From assembly GCA_963706595.1 (NCBI GenBank), contig OY970166.1:1280001-1344000 (forward strand): a stretch of 64,000 bases of DNA. The letters run 5' to 3'. The position numbers and the translations under genes are program-made. The notes below the pieces were generated by a model. It made no database searches and was not told where the DNA came from. It worked only from the letters and a program-made list of their open reading frames with translations. This stretch comes from an uncultured cyanobacterium (lineage in GTDB: Bacteria > Cyanobacteriota > Cyanobacteriia > Cyanobacteriales > Nostocaceae). Positions 1 to 8,085 of this stretch are shown one piece after another (the stretch's first letter is position 1; each line of letters starts with the position of its first letter).

Positions 1-256
1 ATCGCCCAACAAAAGTTTTAGCATGGCAGATTATGGAAATAAGTCAAGGGTTACGGTGAATAAAGTTTTTGTATTGATTATAAGAATTTAACCCAATCCA
101 GCCATTTAGGTTTTAGACGGGTAGAAAGTCAGAATTAACTCAAAAACAGCAAAAGGTAGATCCAATCATTTATGAAACCGATTGGTTTAATTTTTCAGTT
201 TAAATTTCAAACTAATCTAATAGTATCATTTTGCCCACAACTGAGTCAGGCAGTCT

Positions 257-386
257 GGTCATTGGTCATTGGTCATTGGTCATTGGGAAGTTACCGTCTT
301 CTCCCCCCTGCGCCCTGCGCCCTGCACCCCTGCCTCTTCCCCCCTGCTCCCTGCTCCCTGCGCCCCTGCCTCTTCCCACTCCCCAC
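257..386. repeat. Compound STRR cassette: (GTCATTG)n + GGAAGTTACCGTCTTCTCCCCC linker + (CCCTGCT/CCCTGCG)n + CCCCACT
   Basis: Heptamer tandem repeats are visible; the same linker and order recur at about 61784-61978. Confidence 0.8.
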
Positions 387-909
387 TCAATCGGCGAAAA
401 TTAAAATCCCTCGCGCCCGGATGACAACTCACACAACTGCTGAGTTCAACAGGACGGGGTAAATCAACTTGGGGATGCAAAGCCTTAAAATAACGTGAAG
501 AATTGACGCGATAGGGTGTAGCTTCGTCTTGTCGCTGTGTACGTGAAAAAGTAGAAAGATATTGCCAAACGAGGATACGGGGAGGATCGATTAAAGGTGT
601 AAGTTGTGCGCCGTAGTGCTGTGAGTCTTGTAAAAGATTTCTCCAGGTTTGGGAGGGTAAAACTTCTGGTGGGACAGCTATGTGACAAGTAGAGCAGTTA
701 TCTAGATATAGCTGTTTCCCTAATTGATACTGTGCGGGTATTACGTCAACTGTACCAATTTCTGATGTGGGAGTAGCACTGTGAGCGCTAGTGGCAAGGG
801 AAAGCAGCCAGCCCATAGCCAGACTCCAAGCTAAAATTACCACAATTAAGCCCAAGGGACGGCGTTTGAGTTGACGTTTTCGGAATTTACGTTTAACAAG
901 ATTTGACAT
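280..909 (-). CDS. Diheme cytochrome c (DHC-like) family protein
   Basis: Two CxxCH motifs (CSTCH, CVSCH) and an N-terminal signal/TM segment; the last ~30 aa are translated STRR sequence. Confidence 0.85.
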   Translation of the reverse strand: MSNLVKRKFRKRQLKRRPLGLIVVILAWSLAMGWLLSLATSAHSATPTSEIGTVDVIPAQYQLGKQLYLDNCSTCHIAVPPEVLPSQTWRNLLQDSQHYGAQLTPLIDPPRILVWQYLSTFSRTQRQDEATPYRVNSSRYFKALHPQVDLPRPVELSSCVSCHPGARDFNFRRLSGEWEEAGAQGAGSRGEEAGVQGAGRRGEKTVTSQ

Positions 910-1016
910 TCCTCACACTCCCCAATACTTAGATGTGGCACTTTTAACCAATCATAGAGCTTACACAGACCTAATATAGGAATCCGATTTGATTATTGAA
1001 AAAATCTCAGTATATG

Positions 1017-1151
1017 TAGTGGACTGACAAGCCTAAAATAGTGCAATAGACAAAACTATTGTGGGGTGGGCATCCTGCCCGCCCAGAACAGGCAAGATGC
1101 CTGTTCCACAAGAGAAATATAATGCAACATTTTAAGCTTGCCACGCCAGTA
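1017..1151. mobile_element. MITE with IS630-type TIRs carrying an inverted pair of REP-like hairpins
   Basis: Ends TAGTGGACTGACAAGCCTAAAAT and ATTTTAAGCTTGCCACGCCAGTA resemble the adjacent IS ends; internal GTGGGGTGGGCATCCTGCCCGCCC and AACAGGCAAGATGCCTGTTCCAC. Confidence 0.7.
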
Positions 1152-1165
1152 GTAGCGTGGCAAGC

Positions 1166-1831
1166 TTAAAATGTTGCATTAGAATCAACGATTTTGTGAG
1201 TTTCAAACACTGGGTAAAGATGTTTAAGTTTGATACGAGCATCATCAGTAGTAAAACGCCAAATAACTTTACCTGCGGTGCGGTTACGTTCGTTTTGCCA
1301 AGCGGTCAATTCTCTAGATAGTTGACAAATACTAGGAATTCGTCGGTCTAGGCACTGTTGGCTTAAAACGCTTAATTCAATCTCGGCAACATTGAGCCAG
1401 CTTCCATTGCGAGGAGTGTAATAAATCTCCAGTCTCCTAGCCAAGCGGTGAGCTTCTGGTGCGGGAAAAGCTTCGTAAAGTGATGTAATGCTATGAGTAT
1501 TCAGGTTGTCACATAGCAATTTGACCTTGGTGGCTTGGGGATAGTCTTCATCTAATAGTTGACGGACTTCTTCAGCCCAATCAACACGAGTCCGATGAGC
1601 GCGATTGCTGACACGTCGCCAACCTCTGATGGGGTCGAAAAACATGAACAAAGCTTGGACTCCTTCACGAGTATAGTGATAATCTTCTTTTGCATCTTTA
1701 CCAGGTTCCATTGGTTTTGGCTCATAAAGATGCCCGGTTAATTGTCTAGAAGCTTCATCCATACAGACTAAAGGTTCCAAATCACTATGTTCTTGGCTAT
1801 AAAGGTCTAAAACTACTTCCATTTGAGACAC
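1166..1831 (-). CDS. IS630 transposase, catalytic DDE part (orfB, fused to orfA by -1 frameshift)
   Basis: Motifs CMDE, CDNLNTH, YYTPRNGSWLNVAEIE; the frame continues upstream as KKNKLRPWKTERFCIP from the A8 run. Confidence 0.9.
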   Translation of the reverse strand: MSQMEVVLDLYSQEHSDLEPLVCMDEASRQLTGHLYEPKPMEPGKDAKEDYHYTREGVQALFMFFDPIRGWRRVSNRAHRTRVDWAEEVRQLLDEDYPQATKVKLLCDNLNTHSITSLYEAFPAPEAHRLARRLEIYYTPRNGSWLNVAEIELSVLSQQCLDRRIPSICQLSRELTAWQNERNRTAGKVIWRFTTDDARIKLKHLYPVFETHKIVDSNATF

Positions 1832-1839
1832 AAAACGTG

Positions 1840-2346
1840 CTAAATCCCGTTCGGGAATACAAAATCTTTCTGTTTTCCAGGGGCGTAATTTGTTTTTTTT
1901 AATGTCTTTCTAATCGTCTCCCTAGAAATTTCTATGACAATTTTTCGGTTTTGAATTTCTTGCGTCAGTAATCTTAGACTCCAGTGTGCTTGCCCCGTGG
2001 GAGGTTCAGAACAACATAATGCGATGATTTGGGCTTCAGTATAACCATCTATCTTGCTGGGATTTGGTGGTTTTAACCTCTGATAACGATTTAAGGCAGG
2101 TTCTTCTCCATTTTCAAGGAACCTCTTCCTAATTCTTGCCACCGTATTGCGATGAACCCTTAAGGCTATACTTATTTCTTCATCTGTCCATTTTTTCCTT
2201 GCACCCTCTCCCTCGTCGCACATTAACAACACCTGTGCGTGCAATATTTTTTTGGCTGGGGCCTGTCCGTTGCGAGCGATCGCTTCTAATCTTTGTCTTT
2301 TTTCTGTATATAATATTACTTTATCTCTCCGACCTCTCCCCATCAA
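1840..2346 (-). CDS. IS630 transposase, HTH part (orfA)
   Basis: HTH and WSLRLL...ISRETIRKTLKK motifs typical of IS630; ends shortly after an A8 slippery run at 1893-1900. Confidence 0.9.
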   Translation of the reverse strand: MMGRGRRDKVILYTEKRQRLEAIARNGQAPAKKILHAQVLLMCDEGEGARKKWTDEEISIALRVHRNTVARIRKRFLENGEEPALNRYQRLKPPNPSKIDGYTEAQIIALCCSEPPTGQAHWSLRLLTQEIQNRKIVIEISRETIRKTLKKTNYAPGKQKDFVFPNGI

Positions 2347-2400
2347 TTTCTCCTTTTTTTTCCTCCATTCTATTGCAACATTTTAAGCTTGTCACGCCAC

Positions 2401-2509
2401 TACTGGCGTGACAAGCTTAAAATAGTGCATTAGGAAAAATCAGAAAACATTGATTTATCTCAATTTTCTCAAAAATCTATTGCAACATTTTAGCCTTGTC
2501 AGTCCACTA
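2401..2509. mobile_element. ~109-bp MITE with IS630-type TIRs
   Basis: TIRs like the IS ends; a near-identical inverted copy lies at 14642-14750. Confidence 0.8.
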
Positions 2510-2630
2510 CGATACTTAATTTTTTCATAAATCAAACCGGATTCCTATATCTTATTATAATCAATACATAATTTACATTTTCGAGACGCGATAAATCGCC
2601 GTCTCTACAAGGTGCTGTCATGGGTGAAAA

Positions 2631-4430
2631 CTAATTACTATTTACCATTTTCACAGACTTGATTTGTTGAAACACATAGAGGGACTGAGCCACACATTCA
2701 TCCATATTGTAATATTTATAAGTCGCTAACCGTCCCACAAAATACACCCCTGACATCGAATCTGCCAACGCCTTGTATTTCTTGTAAATTTCATGATTCT
2801 CAGGACGGGGTATAGGATAATAGGGTTCACCTTCCGCCTGGGGAAACTCATAAACAATGCTAGTTTTATTGTGTTCCTGTCCAGTTAAATACTTAAACTC
2901 TGTCACACGAGTATACAAATGTTCATTGGGATAGTTAATTACTGGCGCTGGTTGAAACACAGGGGTATTATGTGTCTCGTGCTGGAAATGAATTGACCTA
3001 TAAGGTAATTTGCCATAGCGATAATCGAAAAATTTATCAATCGCCCCGGTATAAACCATCTCACGCCAAGGGATTACCTGCTCAATTTCCCGGTAATCGG
3101 TGTTCAGCATCACCTTAATATTGGGATGGTCTAACATCTTCTCGAACATCCGAGTATAGCCTTGCAGAGGCATTGCTTGATAGGTGTCAGTGAAATATCG
3201 GTTGTCGCGGTTGTTACGGGTGGGAATCTTAGGAATGACTGATTTATCTAACTCTGAAGGGTCGAGTCCCCATTGCTTGCGAATGTAGCCTTGGAAGAAT
3301 TTTTTATACAGTTCTTTACCAACTTTGCTGACTATGGCATCTTCTGATGTGCGGATGTATTCTTTTGGTTCCGCAATACATTTAAAGAACTCATCCACCT
3401 CAAATGAATTCAGGTTCATTCCATAAAGTTGGTTAATGCTGTCCAAATTGATGGGGAGAGGCAACATTTGCCCATCAACGCTACTCAAAACGCGATGTTG
3501 GTAAGGTCGCCACTGAGTAAACTGTGAAAGGTATTCAAAGACTTCTTGGGAGTTGGTGTGAAAGATGTGGGGACCGTATTTATGGATGAGAATGCCATAA
3601 TTATCATAATAATCGTAAGCATTACCACCAATGTGATTGCGCTTGTCCACAACTAGCACCTTTTTACCACACTGACGCGCCAAACGTTCGGCAATCACGC
3701 TTCCAGAAAATCCCGCGCCCACAATTAAGTAATCAAATTGCCAATCTGTTTTCAAGGTTTCTGGTGCTTTGTAACTCTGTATTGCCTTCTGGGTATGGCT
3801 TGTGTCTTGTTTCTGACGCGCTGCAATGGCAAAATCTATCAGCTTCATCATTGTATGCCAAGTGCGATCGCAATCACCGCTAATAGGAAACGCATAGATA
3901 TTCGGGTGTTGATGTACCTGAATGGCTTGGCTACTTTGTTCGCCGATAATAAACACCAAGTCTGCAATCAAGAACATTTCACTCTCGTATTCCTGGAGTG
4001 CCGGAGGTATGCTTTTAATTGTGGGTAACTCATCCATGCAATCGTATATCACTGCCTGGGGTTGTAGGTTCCGAGTAAAGGCGATCGCTTTGGATGTACA
4101 ATACCAGAAAATGTAATTGTCAAGATGATTCTCTGAAAAAAAAGCATTGAGCAATTTCTGTAACTCTGCGTTTATCTCCTCCTCACTCAGTCCTTTTGGC
4201 AGAGATGGAATCACCACCACTAAACCACTCTTGTCTTGTCTAACATCTAACCGCCCCAGCCGTTGGTCAGTAAAAATTACCTGCTCGATAAAAAATACTC
4301 GCCGTTGTGAAGTACAGCGACTTAAAATATGTTTTAATCTGGGGTGAACAGAATTCCAACGCCAATTAGACAAGCAAACTATCTCAGGTGTTTCTGAAGT
4401 AAAGGTCGTAAAACTACAATCAATTGCCAT
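2631..4430 (-). CDS. glf: UDP-galactopyranose mutase fused to an N-terminal partial glycosyltransferase domain
   Basis: FDYLIVGAGFSG, HKYGPHIFHTN, GRLATYKYYNMD motifs; the N-terminal ~200 aa are GT-like (IVCLSNWRW, YDCMDEL). Confidence 0.9.
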   Translation of the reverse strand: MAIDCSFTTFTSETPEIVCLSNWRWNSVHPRLKHILSRCTSQRRVFFIEQVIFTDQRLGRLDVRQDKSGLVVVIPSLPKGLSEEEINAELQKLLNAFFSENHLDNYIFWYCTSKAIAFTRNLQPQAVIYDCMDELPTIKSIPPALQEYESEMFLIADLVFIIGEQSSQAIQVHQHPNIYAFPISGDCDRTWHTMMKLIDFAIAARQKQDTSHTQKAIQSYKAPETLKTDWQFDYLIVGAGFSGSVIAERLARQCGKKVLVVDKRNHIGGNAYDYYDNYGILIHKYGPHIFHTNSQEVFEYLSQFTQWRPYQHRVLSSVDGQMLPLPINLDSINQLYGMNLNSFEVDEFFKCIAEPKEYIRTSEDAIVSKVGKELYKKFFQGYIRKQWGLDPSELDKSVIPKIPTRNNRDNRYFTDTYQAMPLQGYTRMFEKMLDHPNIKVMLNTDYREIEQVIPWREMVYTGAIDKFFDYRYGKLPYRSIHFQHETHNTPVFQPAPVINYPNEHLYTRVTEFKYLTGQEHNKTSIVYEFPQAEGEPYYPIPRPENHEIYKKYKALADSMSGVYFVGRLATYKYYNMDECVAQSLYVFQQIKSVKMVNSN

Positions 4431-4576
4431 ATTTTCCTGAAAATACTTGGTATGTTTTTAAATGCAGTAGTCACGCTGAAATTGGCTCAGTTATATCTGG
4501 GTGATGATTGACTGCAAAGCCTAATTGTGCAGTTATACCGAAAGCATTTGCCAGCATATCTACCACATCTGTTTGA

Positions 4577-4694
4577 TATAGCAACCGCCAAAGAGGTTAA
4601 GACATAAAGGGATACAGCAAAAGGGTTTTAACCCACTCCCTACTCCCTACTCCCTACTCCCCAGCCATACTTGATAAAACTGCCTATTGCTATA
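4577..4694. mobile_element. MITE (TIR TATAGCAA..TTGCTATA) containing an STRR tract
   Basis: Inverted termini; the left arm recurs reversed at about 7790-7861 and 44090-44162; it supplies the TAG stop of the GT2 gene. Confidence 0.6.
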
Positions 4695-5541
4695 AAATAT
4701 CTGGCCTGTACTTTTGCCAATAATAAAGATTACATTCATTGTAATAATCAATCCAGGGACAAAATTCCCAATCAGGTAAATTTTCCCAAATAATTGAACT
4801 AGGATTAACAGCAATAATCCAACCAGCTTTTTTAACTTGTAAAGACAAGTCTAGATCATCAAAGTAAATACAAGAATTTTTAAACACTCCAATATACTGC
4901 ACAACTTGATGGCGCAATAGCAGTGATTTAGCTGCACAAGCCTCTACCCTAATATAAGGTTGACTATATAGTAATTCCTCACTCAAAGTATGATTTTGCC
5001 TACCAAATTTTGTTTTTGATTGTGGATGTTCACCATTAATCAAGTTACCAAATTCTTGAATAGTTTGAGGTTCTTGTCGGCGATAAAATTGAGAACCCAC
5101 TAAGCCCACTTCATCATGATCTTGTAAGGTCGTAATCAATGCGTTGAGAGCTAAAGGGTCTAGACGCACATTATCGTCAAGCAGCCAGATGTAATCATAT
5201 TTAAGTTGACTCACAAATTGTAACCCATAATAAAAAGTGCCAGAATCTCCTAAGTTTTTACTGGGTTGGAGAACCTTAATGTCAGCAAAATTAAATTTTC
5301 CTAAATAAGCTTGAATTTTGTGATCTAAAGCATGATCTACAATATATATATCAATTTTAATCTGATATAATTTCAGCCTGCCAATATCTTCCAGCACTGA
5401 AAATAGAGAATTGAAATTATGATCAGTCTCAATAATAATTGCAACTTTCTTGATGTGCTTCCGAGAGATGTGGGTTTGTACCTCTGGTTGAGCTAAATAT
5501 CCTGAAAAGTAAGATTCCACTTTTGCAAATCTCCAAAACAC
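4690..5541 (-). CDS. Glycosyltransferase family 2 protein (possibly degenerate)
   Basis: YDYIWLLDDN, VGLVGS, FDDLDLSLQVKKAGW motifs; lies directly upstream of glf. Confidence 0.75.
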   Translation of the reverse strand: MFWRFAKVESYFSGYLAQPEVQTHISRKHIKKVAIIIETDHNFNSLFSVLEDIGRLKLYQIKIDIYIVDHALDHKIQAYLGKFNFADIKVLQPSKNLGDSGTFYYGLQFVSQLKYDYIWLLDDNVRLDPLALNALITTLQDHDEVGLVGSQFYRRQEPQTIQEFGNLINGEHPQSKTKFGRQNHTLSEELLYSQPYIRVEACAAKSLLLRHQVVQYIGVFKNSCIYFDDLDLSLQVKKAGWIIAVNPSSIIWENLPDWEFCPWIDYYNECNLYYWQKYRPDIL

Positions 5542-5699
5542 TTATTTTGATTTTCGATAATTTTCCCGCGAATAATGAACTTAAATAAGCATTTTTCCAA
5601 TGCATAATAAAAGCGCACATAGCTCAAAAATGTAACCTGTAGGTTTTTTTTACTCGTCTGTCTAAAGGGTGAACAGTTGGAACCCATTCAGGTGTAAAA

Positions 5700-5715
5700 T
5701 GTAAATTATGCTACA
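5700..5715. promoter_or_regulatory. Candidate NtcA site upstream of the GT2-glf genes
   Basis: TGTA-AATTATGC-TACA matches TGTA-N8-TACA; no well-spaced -10 box is evident. Confidence 0.3.
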
Positions 5716-5802
5716 AAAAATTAATTTCTGAAAATAGTTTGAATAGTAAATTTGCTGTCAAATTGCCTACAAGATAAGCATTACAGCCCTAATTCTGACT
5801 AA

Positions 5803-6013
5803 CTCACATCTTGCACCTAGCCCAGGCGATTGGAAATCGCGGCTATACAAACAAAGTCCGCCTACGCGGACTAACAGAAAATCAAGGTTTTTAACCCGCG
5901 TAGGCGGTGAAGGAGTCGCAGTCTTGGCGGTTCCCGTCGATTGCGAACTCCCGAACCCGAAGGGGTTTCGCCTGTGTAGCCGCGACTTCTAGTCGCTTGG
6001 TGCAAGATATCAG
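5803..6013. mobile_element. MITE (TIR CTCACATCTTGCACC / GGTGCAAGATATCAG) with internal REP-like hairpins and a nested small insertion
   Basis: Inverted termini; internal inverted GCGA..TCGCGGCTA / TAGCCGCGA..TCGC and CCGCCTACGCGG palindromes. Confidence 0.65.
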
Positions 6014-6169
6014 TGATAACTGTTCATTGATTCGATAACTCTGGAAATTTTGCAAATTAAAAATCGGCGCAATTCATAGTTTTTGGCAGAATTACCCCGA
6101 ATTTAGGATTTGAGAAAGCATAGACGCACTCTTCGGCGCACTCCCAATTTTAAATTACGTTTTAATTAC

Positions 6170-6430
6170 TTAAACCCTTGTGGGTTTCAAAAATAACCAT
6201 GCTGTAAAGAAGGTAGCAGCAGTAAATAGTTGCGTCAAATCCAAAGCAGATAGATAGCCATCCGCAAAGGAAGCGATACTACGGTCTGTGATTCCAAATA
6301 CCCAAGATGAAAGGCCAAATAGCCAAATTCCGTTTTTGAGATTACCTACAAATTGCTGCGAGTCTGATGGTTGCTTGTCTTTCATCATCTTTTGCTCCGT
6401 CGATGAAGAATCTGGTGCTTGATTAGTCAA
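6170..6430 (-). CDS. Small two-TM hypothetical membrane protein
   Basis: Clean ORF with two hydrophobic segments and AGGAG shortly upstream. Confidence 0.7.
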   Translation of the reverse strand: MTNQAPDSSSTEQKMMKDKQPSDSQQFVGNLKNGIWLFGLSSWVFGITDRSIASFADGYLSALDLTQLFTAATFFTAWLFLKPTRV

Positions 6431-6622
6431 AACTTATGGGGACTCCTAATTTTGAAGTTACACTTATATATATTAATAAATATTTCAGATACTTGACTTA
6501 ACCACCTAAAGGCACATCTGCTGATTTTGAAATTCCTTCTTTAGTTCTCTCGCTTCCGAAGGAGTGTAATCTTTGATAGAGTAGTTGTGAAAAAACTCAG
6601 TCAACGCATTGATACATTTATC

Positions 6623-6733
6623 GGCGTTGCTGATTTGAAGTATGAACACGATTTGTGATCATGTCAAAACCCCTGTAGAGACGTTCCATGGAACGTCTCT
6701 ACATTTAAATTCATACTTGGTTTGGGCAACGCC
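6623..6733. mobile_element. ~110-bp MITE with 8-bp target duplication (ISL3-like ends)
   Basis: TIR GGCGTTGC..GCAACGCC; TSD CATTTATC at 6615-6622 and 6734-6741; internal GTAGAGACGTTCCATGGAACGTCTCTAC palindrome; second copy at 56009-56116. Confidence 0.85.
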
Positions 6734-6844
6734 CATTTATCGATAAGTTTTTGGGCGATGCTGATTGATTGTCACTGTCTTACCGCTTTACCACCCTTTT
6801 CGGTAGAATGACTTGGAAACTCAGTCAAGAAGAACTTAAAGATC

Positions 6845-7717
6845 ATGGTACTAGCTCGTATTGGAATTATTGGTGGTAGTGGTCTATACAAAATGGCAGA
6901 CCTGAAGGATGTGGAAGAGGTACAAATTGCAACTCCTTTTGGTTCGCCTTCTGATGCTTTGATTTTGGGAACACTGTCAGGCACAAAAGTCGCTTTTTTA
7001 GCTCGTCATGGACGTAATCATACTCTATTGCCTTCTGAGTTGCCGTTTCGCGCCAATATTTATGCGATGAAGCAAGTGGGTGTGGAGTATTTAATTTCGG
7101 CTAGTGCGGTGGGTTCCTTAAAGGCTGAGGTTAAACCACTGGATATGGTGATTCCAAATCAGTTTATTGACAGAACCAAAAATCGGGCTTCGACGTTTTT
7201 CGGTGAGGGTATTGTGGCTCACATTGCTTTTGCTGACCCCATTTGTCAAAATTTAGCTGGGGTGTTGGCAGATGCGATCGCTTCTCTAAATTTACCAGAT
7301 GTGGGTCTACATCGTGGCGGCACTTATGTGTGCATGGAAGGTCCTGCATTTTCCACTCAGGCGGAATCCCATCTTTACCGCAGTTGGGATGCAACAGTGA
7401 TTGGAATGACGAACTTACCAGAAGCGAAGTTAGCCAGGGAAGCGGAAATTGCCTATGCAACTTTAGCGCTGGTAACAGATTATGATTGCTGGCATCCAGA
7501 TCATGATAGTGTGACGGTAGAAATGATCATTGGTAATTTACAGCGCAATGCAGTTAATGCTCAAAAGGTAATTCAAGAAACTGTGCGGCGCTTGAGTGAA
7601 AATCCCCCGGTTAGTGACGCTCATTCGGCGTTGAAGTATGCGATTTTAACTCAGTTGGATCAAGCCCCGGCGGCGACTAAAGAAAAATTGGAGTTATTGT
7701 TGCGGAAGTATTTGTAG
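6845..7717 (+). CDS. mtnP: S-methyl-5'-thioadenosine phosphorylase
   Basis: [34 protein letters not shown] motifs. Confidence 0.95.
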   Translation: MVLARIGIIGGSGLYKMADLKDVEEVQIATPFGSPSDALILGTLSGTKVAFLARHGRNHTLLPSELPFRANIYAMKQVGVEYLISASAVGSLKAEVKPLDMVIPNQFIDRTKNRASTFFGEGIVAHIAFADPICQNLAGVLADAIASLNLPDVGLHRGGTYVCMEGPAFSTQAESHLYRSWDATVIGMTNLPEAKLAREAEIAYATLALVTDYDCWHPDHDSVTVEMIIGNLQRNAVNAQKVIQETVRRLSENPPVSDAHSALKYAILTQLDQAPAATKEKLELLLRKYL

Positions 7718-7884
7718 TAGACTTCACGGAATTATAGCTGGGGAGTAGGGAGTTACTTCGACTACGCTCAGTAACCGGGGGAGTAGGGAGTGGGTGAAAA
7801 ACCGAGTGGTGTCTAAGTTTGATTATCCGTTTATGTGTTAACCTCCTTGGCGGTTGCTATAAATATACTTTTTCCATAACTTTT

Positions 7885-8016
7885 GTAGAGACGTTGTATA
7901 GCGGTTCTTGGTTGAGTGAGATACAAGAACCCCACCCCCAACCCCCTCCCCGCAAGCGAGGAGGGGGCTATGATGTATTTCATTCAAGTGCATACCGCTA
8001 TATACAACGTCTCTAC
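7885..8016. mobile_element. REP-like palindrome (GTAGAGACGTTGTATA..TACAACGTCTCTAC) split by a TA-flanked MITE (7899-8000)
   Basis: Outer palindrome halves flank TAGCGGT..ACCGCTA TIRs; the cargo is the CCCCACCCCCAACCCCTCCCCGCAAGCGAGGAGGGG repeat. Confidence 0.7.
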
Positions 8017-8085
8017 ATTTTCTGTCCCCAAATGTCTGATTAACCCCACAGATGCGGAGTGTTTGAGGAGTCGGGGAGCGATAAT

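Larger units (their letters stand above)
1150..2402 (-). mobile_element. IS630-family insertion sequence (~1.25 kb)
   Basis: ~30-bp TIRs (TAGTAGCGTGGCAAGCTTAAAATGTTGCA / TGCAACATTTTAAGCTTGTCACGCCACTA), TA at both ends, and a DDE transposase inside. Confidence 0.92.
975..2549. mobile_element. Outer MITE (TIR TATAGGAATCCG..TTTGATT) interrupted by a nested array of IS630-type elements
   Basis: The left arm 975-1016 (tataggaatccgatttgattattgaaaaaat) and right arm 2510-2549 (attttttcataaatcaaaccggattcctata) are imperfect inverted repeats with TA ends. Confidence 0.7.

Noticed and set aside
1..59. Possible 3' end of a plus-strand gene (RPTKVLAWQIMEISQGLR*)
   Set aside because: Too short to identify.
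172..462. 96-aa ORF and similar short ORFs (30475-30822, 30531-30719, 43958-44143, 49716-50030, 61900-62148)
   Set aside because: These are translations of STRR/repeat DNA or antisense shadows of real genes.
1166..2346. Calling the split transposase a pseudogene
   Set aside because: The break falls on a canonical A-rich slippery site, and both TIRs and the DDE motifs are intact.
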